A stretch of DNA of 64,000 nt from Candidatus Thorarchaeota archaeon (GTDB lineage Archaea; Asgardarchaeota; Thorarchaeia; Thorarchaeales; Thorarchaeaceae), in contig JAWOEX010000045.1 of NCBI GenBank assembly GCA_046482545.1, positions 20,069 through 84,068 of the forward strand, in the 5' to 3' direction. How positions within the stretch are numbered: position 1 is the stretch's first letter; each line of letters opens with the position of its first letter. The translations under genes and the position numbers were made by a program. Of the stretch, positions 51,925 to 60,475 are shown in pieces. The notes under the pieces are model-generated. The model had not been told where the DNA came from and ran no database searches. It was given only the letters and a program-made list of their open reading frames with translations.

Positions 51925-53232
51925 TTGCCACTAACAGAGAAGGATTCTTCCCGCTTACCAGACGGCTTTGAAATAGGAATAGTCCAGTCTGATGAGGAAA
52001 TCAATGAGCTCATCGACTTCAATGCCGCCATACATAATCGAAATGATGCCGAAGTACTACGCCGTCTGATAGATAAACTCCCTGATTTCTCTCCAGAGAT
52101 GAATTTCTATGTCAGAGACACAGACAAGGATATCATTGTGTCATCTCTCAATGCTATTCCAAGCACATGGGACTACGATGGTGTGCTGTTGAAGAACCTT
52201 GAGCTCGGCTATGTTGGAACAAAGGAAGAATACCGTCGAAGAGGCTTCATGCGAATACTCTACCAGTTGTTCGAGAAAATCATGCTCGATGGTGGTTATG
52301 ACATTTCCACTATCCAAGGCATTCCGTATCTCTATCGTAATTTTGGATATGACTTCATACTCCCTCTTTCCAAAGCTGTCTCTATTCGAGTTGACCAGAT
52401 TCCTTCAGAGGACACATCATTTCCTTCCGCTGTTTCTGATATAACCATCAGAGAATCGCGGACAGAGGATCTCGACAGCATCATGAACTTGTACGATAGA
52501 ACGAGGGAGAAATTCCTTGTTACAGCCCGTCGTTCGGAGCAGATATGGAACCTTCAAGAGCGCTTGAAGAAAGAGTATGCAGCCGATTTCAAGTCACTTG
52601 TAGTTGAGGGGGATGGAGATATTCGCGGGTATTTTAGACTGGTCACACGCGGGGATTCATCTAAGCCCGAAGGTGGCGCTGTCCTTGATGTTATGGAAAG
52701 TAGCATAGTTTCGTATGAAGGAGTACTTGCTACATTGAGATACCTCCGTGAGGATGCAGTTTCTAAGGGGCTGTATCGGATAGCGTTACCTGGAAGTGAA
52801 TTATCGAATCTTGCAGGGATTGCCCTCGACTTGGGCGGAAATATGAACCGCGGCTGGAAATATCAGATTCGTGTTCCGAACATGCTACAATTCCTACAGA
52901 AAATCAAGCCTGTTTTGGATAAACGTCTCAAAGGAACGATGTTCCAAGATTTGTCCTACACATTGGCATTGAACACCTATCGATACTGCTACGATTTGGA
53001 GATTACCAATGGGAGTATCGTTGGGATATCCGATTCTGGTCAATCCAAGATAGGTGAGAAAACAGACTTCAGGGTGCCACCGAAGGATTTCGTGCGATTG
53101 GTCATGGGCGAGTATCAGCTGGCTGAACTATCCAAGATGAACGCAGACTTTCTGGTATCTGGTAAAGTGAAATCCCTTGTTTCAAGTCTATTTCCGCAGA
53201 AGGAGAGCAATATTTCATATTACCTCTGCTAG
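51925..53232 (+). CDS. Eis-like GNAT acetyltransferase
   Basis: VGTKEEYRRRG, GIPYLYRNFGY, C-terminal SCP2-like region. Confidence 0.8.
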   Translation: MPLTEKDSSRLPDGFEIGIVQSDEEINELIDFNAAIHNRNDAEVLRRLIDKLPDFSPEMNFYVRDTDKDIIVSSLNAIPSTWDYDGVLLKNLELGYVGTKEEYRRRGFMRILYQLFEKIMLDGGYDISTIQGIPYLYRNFGYDFILPLSKAVSIRVDQIPSEDTSFPSAVSDITIRESRTEDLDSIMNLYDRTREKFLVTARRSEQIWNLQERLKKEYAADFKSLVVEGDGDIRGYFRLVTRGDSSKPEGGAVLDVMESSIVSYEGVLATLRYLREDAVSKGLYRIALPGSELSNLAGIALDLGGNMNRGWKYQIRVPNMLQFLQKIKPVLDKRLKGTMFQDLSYTLALNTYRYCYDLEITNGSIVGISDSGQSKIGEKTDFRVPPKDFVRLVMGEYQLAELSKMNADFLVSGKVKSLVSSLFPQKESNISYYLC

Positions 53233-53392
53233 CGGGAATTAGACTCCTTGTTAAATCGTGAGCTTTTCGTGAGGACCCCTTCTCGTCTGAATTTGCCTTT
53301 GAGAAAGCTATTTGTAAGAAAAGAACAAGAGGTAGATTATAGACCCTGCTTGTTTACGGAAAAAGCGGAGGCACCACTGGACTACAATACGG

Positions 53393-54169
53393 GTGAATGC
53401 CATGAAGAAACGAATACAACCCCATCTGCGAGTTGGTGAAGGCGATGTTGAGGATATCTGTCTTATAGCTGGTAATCCTGATCGGATTCCAAAAATTGCC
53501 GCCCAAATGAACGATGCTGAGCAAGTTGCTAGATACCGCGGTCTGGTGACTTATCGCGCTTATACCCCGGGCGGTGTCCCTGTAACCCTTTCTGGCACCG
53601 GCATGGGTACTCCCAGCACACATATTTGCATAGAGGAACTGGCGAACCTTGGTGCTCAGGTCATAATCCGGGTGGGAAGTTGTGGTGGAATAGCTCATGA
53701 TGTAATCACGGGAGATGTTGTCGTCCCTACAGCATGTGTCAGAGACGAACGAACAGGCTTGAACTATGCTCCCATAGAATATCCTGCTGTTGCTTCTCCT
53801 GTCTGGCAGAAAGCTCTCTTTGATGAAGCGTCTGCCATTTTTCCCGAGGATCGGGTTCACAGGGGCATTTGCTGGACAACGGATGTGTACTACAACAATC
53901 CCGAAATGGGGAACCCCTTGGATATCTGGACTCGAGCAAATGTGAAATGTGTTGAGATGGAGGCTTCTCTCCTGTTCGTTTTTGCCACTACCAAGGGCTT
54001 GGAGGCAGCATCTATCCTAGCGTGTGATGGGAATCTACATGGAGATCAAAAGGGTGAACTGAGTGACGCCACTGAAGAATCAGGTGAGGAGGATCCGTTA
54101 CTCAAAGAAGCTGTTGAGAAGGAGATTGAAGCCACAATCGCAGCAATCGACTCTGTCCGTGCAGATTAG
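53393..54169 (+). CDS. Nucleoside (uridine) phosphorylase, PNP/UDP family
   Basis: GNPDR, TGMG.PS..I..EEL, IRVGSCG, VEMEAS. Confidence 0.9.
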   Translation: MNAMKKRIQPHLRVGEGDVEDICLIAGNPDRIPKIAAQMNDAEQVARYRGLVTYRAYTPGGVPVTLSGTGMGTPSTHICIEELANLGAQVIIRVGSCGGIAHDVITGDVVVPTACVRDERTGLNYAPIEYPAVASPVWQKALFDEASAIFPEDRVHRGICWTTDVYYNNPEMGNPLDIWTRANVKCVEMEASLLFVFATTKGLEAASILACDGNLHGDQKGELSDATEESGEEDPLLKEAVEKEIEATIAAIDSVRAD

Positions 54170-54234
54170 CGTCAAAAGATCTTGCCAATAGATTGTTAAC
54201 CTCCCAAATCTATCGGGACTGTGGTGGATTCATC

Positions 54235-54873
54235 ATGCCTCCGCAAGAAGAGTCAGAATCGAATATCAGCCACTATCTCATCATGAAGGCTGACGCGGAA
54301 GAGGCACTGAGACTCGCACGTGATTGGTGGGAAGATAAGAAAATTCCCAGCTATATCGAAGTACGGCGGTTGAAGGAAACCGAGGTTGAAGAATTCGTTA
54401 CGCTCTACAATCGTTGTTTTCTTGCTTCCCCAGACCCCTTTTGTCCGTTAACGACAACAGAAGCTGAAAAGCTTGAGACGGAGGGGATTTTCGTTGCCGA
54501 GCTCTGGGGTGAGCTTTCCGGATTCATTGCTTGCTTTGTAGAAGAGGACGATCGTGGCGTATACGGAGAAATCACAGGTATCGGTGTCTTGCCTGAGCGT
54601 CGACGACGGGGTGTTGGAACAGCTATGATTCAGCGCGCCTCGGAGTATTTCATCGATGCAGGAATCGAGGAGATTTACTGCGAAATTTTTGAAGAGAATC
54701 ATCCCAGTAAGATGCTGGTTATGGCCTATGGCTTTGAAGAAGTTCGAAGAAGGCCTGTTAAGCTGAAAAAATCTGGCCAGCCAGCTGAGGAGGAAGAGGT
54801 TCCCGGTGGCAAGATTATGCGTCGGCTTGGTTTACGTCCTCGTCCAGGTTGTGATACCTGTAGAGACATATGA
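54235..54873 (+). CDS. GNAT acetyltransferase
   Basis: IGVLPERRRRGVG, N..S......GF; C-terminal CDTC. Confidence 0.8.
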   Translation: MPPQEESESNISHYLIMKADAEEALRLARDWWEDKKIPSYIEVRRLKETEVEEFVTLYNRCFLASPDPFCPLTTTEAEKLETEGIFVAELWGELSGFIACFVEEDDRGVYGEITGIGVLPERRRRGVGTAMIQRASEYFIDAGIEEIYCEIFEENHPSKMLVMAYGFEEVRRRPVKLKKSGQPAEEEEVPGGKIMRRLGLRPRPGCDTCRDI

Positions 54874-54948
54874 TTCTGTATGATTTGACCTTGCATGCAC
54901 CTGCTCTAGCTTGCCTACTACTGGCAAACCTTCTTAGGCCCGCCTGTT

Positions 54949-55989
54949 GTGGTAAGAGCCATGCAGGCTGAGTATACCCGATGGTTACTACTGGGGATAA
55001 CAGTCGTTCTTCTTTTTGCTGGTAAGCCAGTTCAGGGTGCTCACACGCCCATATTCGATGGAGGACGGGCATATACCCATCTGATCGAGCAATGTGAATT
55101 TGGTCCACGTCCACCGGGCTCAGAGAATCTCAATGCATGTCGAGTATACATAGCGGATACACTTGCAAACTACGGCTGGAATGTAACATTTCATAATTTC
55201 ACGTACCAGGGCGTCTTCTGTGCGAACATCCGTGCTACTTCTCCTAGTAATGACTCCCCATCAATCATCCTTGGAGCTCACTATGATACGCGTCCCAGAG
55301 CAGACAAGGATCCTCATCCTGCAAACCGGTCTCAACCTATTCTTGGCGCCAACGACGGGGCGAGTGGTGTTGCAGTCCTTCTTGAGCTTGCACGGATACT
55401 TCCTGATGAAGCCAACAGCAAAATCGAGCTAGTCTTTTTTGATGCCGAGGACTCTGGCAACATCAACAGCTGGGAGTGGATTGTCGGTTCCACAGAGTAT
55501 GTCAGTTCATTACCGGACACGAGAAAAGACAAGATTTCTGCGATGATTCTCCTCGATATGGTTGGCGACAAGAACCTGCGCTTAGAAAAGGAAACCAGTT
55601 CAACAGAATCTCTACAGGATGCGGTTTGGGAGCGCGCTGCAGCTATGGACAGGAACGATACCTTCTTGCCGACAAAAGGTGCGAGGATATTAGATGATCA
55701 TCGCCCGTTTCTAGAGGCAGGAATCCCTGCCCTCGATATCATCGAACATGCTCCGTTTCCTGAATACTGGCACACTCTTGAGGACACCCCAGACAAGTGC
55801 AGTAGTGAAAGTCTAGCTATCGTTGGCGAAGTTATGGAAGTGTTCCTTGTTGATGATTTGGTATCTGATTTCGCGTTTGAGGCTGATGCTTTCCCCTTTG
55901 TCGAAGTTGGACTCGTTGCTACCTGTTTTGTCGTTGCAGGTGCGGGATATGTCTGGTACAAGCGCAAAGACCAACCTCCAAGGCTTTAA
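54949..55989 (+). CDS. M28 peptidase/glutaminyl-cyclase-like, membrane anchored
   Basis: GAHYDTR, GANDGASG, FFDAED, LLDMVG, DDHRPF, WHT; signal peptide and C-terminal TM. Confidence 0.9.
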   Translation: MVRAMQAEYTRWLLLGITVVLLFAGKPVQGAHTPIFDGGRAYTHLIEQCEFGPRPPGSENLNACRVYIADTLANYGWNVTFHNFTYQGVFCANIRATSPSNDSPSIILGAHYDTRPRADKDPHPANRSQPILGANDGASGVAVLLELARILPDEANSKIELVFFDAEDSGNINSWEWIVGSTEYVSSLPDTRKDKISAMILLDMVGDKNLRLEKETSSTESLQDAVWERAAAMDRNDTFLPTKGARILDDHRPFLEAGIPALDIIEHAPFPEYWHTLEDTPDKCSSESLAIVGEVMEVFLVDDLVSDFAFEADAFPFVEVGLVATCFVVAGAGYVWYKRKDQPPRL

Positions 55990-56042
55990 GACCGGAAGTG
56001 CTGATGGTATGATGTGTATTCAAGTAAAGATGGTGCGAAGCA

Positions 56043-56924
56043 TTGGAGAAACAGGTCGTCTATCAGTCCGAATCACCTAACCCGATTCCACTGACCTGTC
56101 TGTCCATCGATAAGGCGGGGAAACGTGCTGCCTGTGGTACTACTGAGGGCCAGATTCTGCTGATTGATCTAGAGGAAGGAACTCCATTAAAGACGTTGAC
56201 GGGACATGAAGATATTGTTTCCAAGGTACGTTTTCTTGAAAAGGGAGCTCACCTTTTGTCCAGCTCCTGGGACGGTACAACCCGCTGCTGGTCTCTGCAA
56301 AAAACTAAGAACGAACCAAGCATATTGAAACATGACTCCGCGGTCAAATCGCTGGCTATTGCCAAAGACGAAAACAAAGGTGCCGCTGGGGCCAGAAGTG
56401 GCGAAGTGAAGGTTTTCTCGGTACAGTACATGAAGTGCATCCGGAATATACAGGCAGACAATCCAGATGTGTTAGGGCTCCATTTCAGAAATGGTGATTC
56501 GCAGCTGCTAAGTGCATCCTGGAATGGAAGCTGTTGTGTTTGGAATCTGAAAGACTATGAGATGCTCTCTACACTTCACGAGGATGACACACGTATTCGC
56601 TGCTTCGAAGTCACTCCTGATGATACACAGGTTCTTCTGGGTCTTCATGATGAGAGAATCAGGGTGTTCAGCGCCGAAGACCCATCCGATGCGTTTACCC
56701 TGGAAGGTCACACCGATCGGATAACCGATTTTGCTATTCTTCCGGATAACCGTCTTGTATCATCCAGCTGGGACCGGACAATCAGGTTATGGTCACTCAA
56801 TGACGAAGAGGAGCTGCAACAGGTAAAACTCTGGAGCGGTGTCTGTTCTGTGCAATGGTGCACTGCCTGCGAGAAACTATTTGCAACCGATCTTTCAGGC
56901 TCACTTTTGGCTTGGCGGTTTTAG
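56043..56924 (+). CDS. WD40 beta-propeller protein
   Basis: GH...SSSWDGT..W repeats. Confidence 0.9.
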   Translation: MEKQVVYQSESPNPIPLTCLSIDKAGKRAACGTTEGQILLIDLEEGTPLKTLTGHEDIVSKVRFLEKGAHLLSSSWDGTTRCWSLQKTKNEPSILKHDSAVKSLAIAKDENKGAAGARSGEVKVFSVQYMKCIRNIQADNPDVLGLHFRNGDSQLLSASWNGSCCVWNLKDYEMLSTLHEDDTRIRCFEVTPDDTQVLLGLHDERIRVFSAEDPSDAFTLEGHTDRITDFAILPDNRLVSSSWDRTIRLWSLNDEEELQQVKLWSGVCSVQWCTACEKLFATDLSGSLLAWRF

Positions 56925-57496
56925 ATTTCCTCAGGTTTTCCAAGCTTTTCCCCTTCCACCCTGATGTCAACCCCCACATAGCCAGCCTTTTTCCACGTCA
57001 AGCGTACCCGTCCGTGATCTCGTTTCCCGGATGCAAGCTCAGTAAGGATATCCATATTGCGGTTTCGCGTGCGCTTGTCATAAGGTATGGCTATTTCTTC
57101 ATCATCTGCAGTAAAGAGGATAGTGGCAGACGGCTTGACCTTGATGATGGGCTTTGAGAATATCATCTTATCCTCTTCGAAGTAGGGCGTTTTGTTCCGC
57201 AGGCTTCTCATCGACCGAGCCATTGCTCTGTGCTGTCCAATCTTCACCCTAGCCGTTCTGACCACATCTTCCAGATACGCAACCCGGGGGTCAAACCTGG
57301 AAGTGAACTCTTCGCGCAATGCGTCTACCGCCTGTGATGCAGAAGTCAGGTGCTGTTCGAGGATTTCAGTGAGAACATAATTGGTGGCACTCGTGTATTT
57401 ATCGAACTCCTCTTTGATTCGATCCTGTTTCGTCTGGGTCAGAAGCACACTGAGTAGTTTGAGAATCTCAACATTGCCAGCAGACATTTCAGCCAC
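56921..57496 (-). CDS. Hypothetical protein resembling the N-terminal (WED/REC) half of TnpB/Cas12f, no RuvC
   Basis: beta strand, then Y.SA.NY helix, LR..F, R.A helix, P.F, I.IP, G.VRL...G...I.V pattern; ends at 191 aa. Confidence 0.4.
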   Translation of the reverse strand: MAEMSAGNVEILKLLSVLLTQTKQDRIKEEFDKYTSATNYVLTEILEQHLTSASQAVDALREEFTSRFDPRVAYLEDVVRTARVKIGQHRAMARSMRSLRNKTPYFEEDKMIFSKPIIKVKPSATILFTADDEEIAIPYDKRTRNRNMDILTELASGKRDHGRVRLTWKKAGYVGVDIRVEGEKLGKPEEI

Positions 57497-57553
57497 TAGC
57501 GAAAATGTACCACTTGTTCCTAATGAATGTGTCCGAAGTGGTGCATAGTTTAG

Positions 57554-58585
57554 TCACCCAACAGCAAGCCTACCGAGGACGAACTTCGATTCATCAATGG
57601 CGCGACTAATCGCTCTTGGTTGCAGGTTGAACTCACAATACGAGAGCAGCATATCCTCGTAGAACTCGTTTTCTTTCTCCCGGAGGGATGTTATGAATTC
57701 CAGACTGTCAGGTTCCTGTATACCATGCATGGCCAGCAGGGCATTTGCAATCATGAATATCGAATGGCGCATCTCTAGGACGGCCAACTCATATGAATTG
57801 TTGATAGTCAGAGATAGTGCCCCGAAGTAGTGTCGGTGTGCCCGATTGAGTAGGGGGATAACAACCGTATCCAAATCGCTTTTCTCAAGGCGATCTTCTA
57901 CCTCTTGCAGCCAGCTCTTGACATCGTCAAGGACGTTCATAATCTGCTCTTCGTTCATGCTCCGCAGCTTGAAAGTTCTGAGGAACATTTTGTACATGGT
58001 GGGATTCAGGAGCCTTGATTGCGAGACCACATCTGCTGTCCTGATGATACCGAAATTGTTGTTGGTCATCAAAATAGTTCGTGCCAGGTCGAAGAGTGCA
58101 TTTCGCAGCTCACAAATGGAGCTGACGCGGTGCTCATCCAGAAGTTCTTTCGATCTGTCTAGTTCCGCAGCGGTTCGTTCCTTGACGGCGATAACCACAT
58201 CCTCTGGCCACGTATAGTTTTCTGCAGTAGCCCTCCATTCTTCAAGCTTCCCCGATTTATCATAGGCCACCTTCGAACCTTTCACTCGTTCGATGACTTC
58301 TGCAATCTGTTGAGGGTTCTTACTTTTCCTGTTCAACACTTCTTGGATGGTTGCTGGGGTGATGAAGGTCATGTCGATACGGACGCCTTTGTGGTGTGAG
58401 AGAAGGCGAACTGGGGCTTCTTCTTCGTTCCAGACAATACACACGTCGAGGTCAGAATCTGGTGTTTGTGCTTTGTTTACATATGACCCGTAGACGAAGA
58501 TACCCTCCACATGTTCTTGTTTCTTCCATTCATCTACGGTGTCCTGAAGTGCTTGTTCGAATTTAGCTCGAATATTCATCATCAC
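57554..58585 (-). CDS. Nucleotidyltransferase-domain protein with helical (HEPN-like) C-terminus
   Basis: FVYGSY...SDLD, RIDM; helical remainder. Confidence 0.7.
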   Translation of the reverse strand: MMMNIRAKFEQALQDTVDEWKKQEHVEGIFVYGSYVNKAQTPDSDLDVCIVWNEEEAPVRLLSHHKGVRIDMTFITPATIQEVLNRKSKNPQQIAEVIERVKGSKVAYDKSGKLEEWRATAENYTWPEDVVIAVKERTAAELDRSKELLDEHRVSSICELRNALFDLARTILMTNNNFGIIRTADVVSQSRLLNPTMYKMFLRTFKLRSMNEEQIMNVLDDVKSWLQEVEDRLEKSDLDTVVIPLLNRAHRHYFGALSLTINNSYELAVLEMRHSIFMIANALLAMHGIQEPDSLEFITSLREKENEFYEDMLLSYCEFNLQPRAISRAIDESKFVLGRLAVG

Positions 58586-58739
58586 AGTTCACCATAATAC
58601 GGGTTCAATCCCGCCATGTGACATGACTTGGATATTCTAATACAGTTTGAAATAAAAGAGTATGCCCGCTCTAAGGAGATATAAATCTTACAAAATCCCA
58701 AATAAATGGGCACATAGAAGGGTAAGATTTCTGTGAGAT

Positions 58740-59233
58740 ATCCTGCAACTCCTTTTCGGACAGCAGATGAGGGGAGTTTGTTAGGCTCAGTACGGGATCC
58801 CAGTTCAGTAGGATTAGGCAAGTGGGCTAGTGCTGTAACACGACGCCCGCGGCCGAAAGCTGTGAGGTGGACTCGTTCCACTAAGCAGAAGTCCCCACAC
58901 TCCGAACAAGGGTCCTCATCAGGCCTTGGAGAGTCCGCGGCTGTTCGCTGTGTCCAACTGGACCTGTCCAGCTTCGGCGACGAGACTGGACCGAGCGATA
59001 ATAACCCTGCCGTGGCAAAAACTGTAGGACCACTTGCTGCCCCCAGATGTGATGTGTCTGGACGCGAACAGGAGATAGAAGCCGAGACTGCAGGAGGGAC
59101 GGTGTCCTGATGATGGCGGCCAAAGCCCTTGCTTGGCCGGAGGTAGCGCCCCTGTATGGCGGCGACGCTGGGCAAGGGAAGGGTGGAACGCAGAGGTTTC
59201 AAACAGTGTACGCAACTGTAAGAAACGGGTTAT
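58740..59233 (+). ncRNA. Full-length copy (A) of the ~490-nt structured RNA-like element
   Basis: GC-rich intergenic block homologous to 45665-46153 and 13072-13381; multiple covarying stems and GNRA loops. Confidence 0.85.
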
Positions 59234-59284
59234 ATCCGACAGTCATTAATACCGGTATCTACCAACCCCACCAGAGTTGGTATA

Positions 59285-59992
59285 ATGGTCCGGCAAGACG
59301 GCCGCGAAAATGACGAGCTCCGCCCAGTAGAAATCACACGCGATTATCTCAAGCATCCAGAAGGTTCGGTGTTGATTACAACTGGCGAGACGAAAGTGAT
59401 ATGCACCGCTACTGTAGAAGATGGTGTACCGGGTTGGCTGAACGGAAAAGGGCAAGGATGGTGCACTGCAGAGTACGGTATGCTCCCGCGATCCACTGAT
59501 AATCGTATCAATCGATACCGAAGAAGCGGTCGTACCTATGAGATTCAGCGATTGATCGGACGGTCACTGCGAGCAGCTCTGGACCTCGGATCCTTGGGTG
59601 AACATACCCTCCGCATCGATTGTGATGTCATCCAGGCAGATGGCGGTACCCGCACAGCATCGATTACGGGTGGTTACATCGCTCTTGTTGATGCTGTGGA
59701 TTACATGCTGACGATGGAGATGATACCGGAGACCCCCCTTGTTGGTACCGTTGCTGCTGTGAGTGTTGGTGTGGTCAACAGTGAGTGTCTCCTCGATTTG
59801 TGTTACATAGAGGATTCCACTGCTGACGTTGACATGAATATCGTGATGAAGGATAGTGAATTCGTTGAGGTACAGGGTACTGCTGAAGGGGAGACCTTCA
59901 ATCGGGTCCAGATGGATGAGATGCTGGATCTGGCTGCCAAGGGCTGCCAAGAATTGATGGAAGAGCAGGAACGCAGCCTGTGTCCTGAGTAG
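59285..59992 (+). CDS. rph: Ribonuclease PH (bacterial type)
   Basis: [63 protein letters not shown]. Confidence 0.93.
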   Translation: MVRQDGRENDELRPVEITRDYLKHPEGSVLITTGETKVICTATVEDGVPGWLNGKGQGWCTAEYGMLPRSTDNRINRYRRSGRTYEIQRLIGRSLRAALDLGSLGEHTLRIDCDVIQADGGTRTASITGGYIALVDAVDYMLTMEMIPETPLVGTVAAVSVGVVNSECLLDLCYIEDSTADVDMNIVMKDSEFVEVQGTAEGETFNRVQMDEMLDLAAKGCQELMEEQERSLCPE

Positions 59993-60176
59993 TGTCTGTG
60001 TGTGTTTCACGTTCTGCACATTCAGATAGCATAGCTAAATGCATCTGAAACCAAATGTTTATGAGGAAAGTGTCTACGATAAGAATTGCTTGCATACGGT
60101 GAGTAGGGAACGCATTATACGGCGGCTATAGCAAGGTCGCTGTGACGTAGTTCTGATAGCTCGGCGTATAGCAATG

Positions 60177-60184
60177 TTTAAATC
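60177..60184 (+). promoter_or_regulatory. Putative TATA box of the 23S rRNA transcription unit
   Basis: TTTAAATC immediately before a GC-rich structured leader. Confidence 0.4.
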
Positions 60185-60418
60185 GCCAGCGTAACTGGCT
60201 GGCTGAGCGCGCACACCTCAGACTGTGCGTGTGTTTACAGGTCCAAAGTCCTCGCGAGAGGCTCCCGAGAGCTGCACTCAATGTGCGCTTGATGACAGGA
60301 CTCATCGGGACCAGACGTTGCGATTGGAGTCATTCCCGATGGGGGACCGTCGATGCATACGCTTTGGAGTCGTACTCCCGCCACCAAGTTTGTGGCAGAA
60401 GTGTGTGGATTGATTGCA

Positions 60419-60475
60419 GAGGATGGAGGTACGAATGAGGTTTACTCAACTCCTTGGCAGCAGGTAATGCTGCAC
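60419..60475 (+). other. 5' arm of the pre-23S processing stem with BHB motif
   Basis: GAGGATGGAGGTAC pairs with 63858-63871; CTTGGCAGC/AGGT/AAT bulge/GCTGCAC pairs with 63810-63832 (ACCT helix, AGA bulge). Confidence 0.85.

Noticed and set aside
58740-59233. Element A as RNase P RNA
   Set aside because: GCAGAAGTCC, GGGTGGAACG and AGAAACGGGTTA superficially recall CR-I, CR-III and CR-V. However, P4 cannot be formed properly, only ~40 nt follow the CR-III-like motif, and there are three dispersed copies. Not fully excluded without cmscan.
58582-59313. Overlapping ORFs (58582..59202, 58733..59110, 58881..59123, 58919..59215) and 13057..13385, 45547..45891
   Set aside because: Low-complexity translations not conserved between element copies; by-products of GC-rich RNA.
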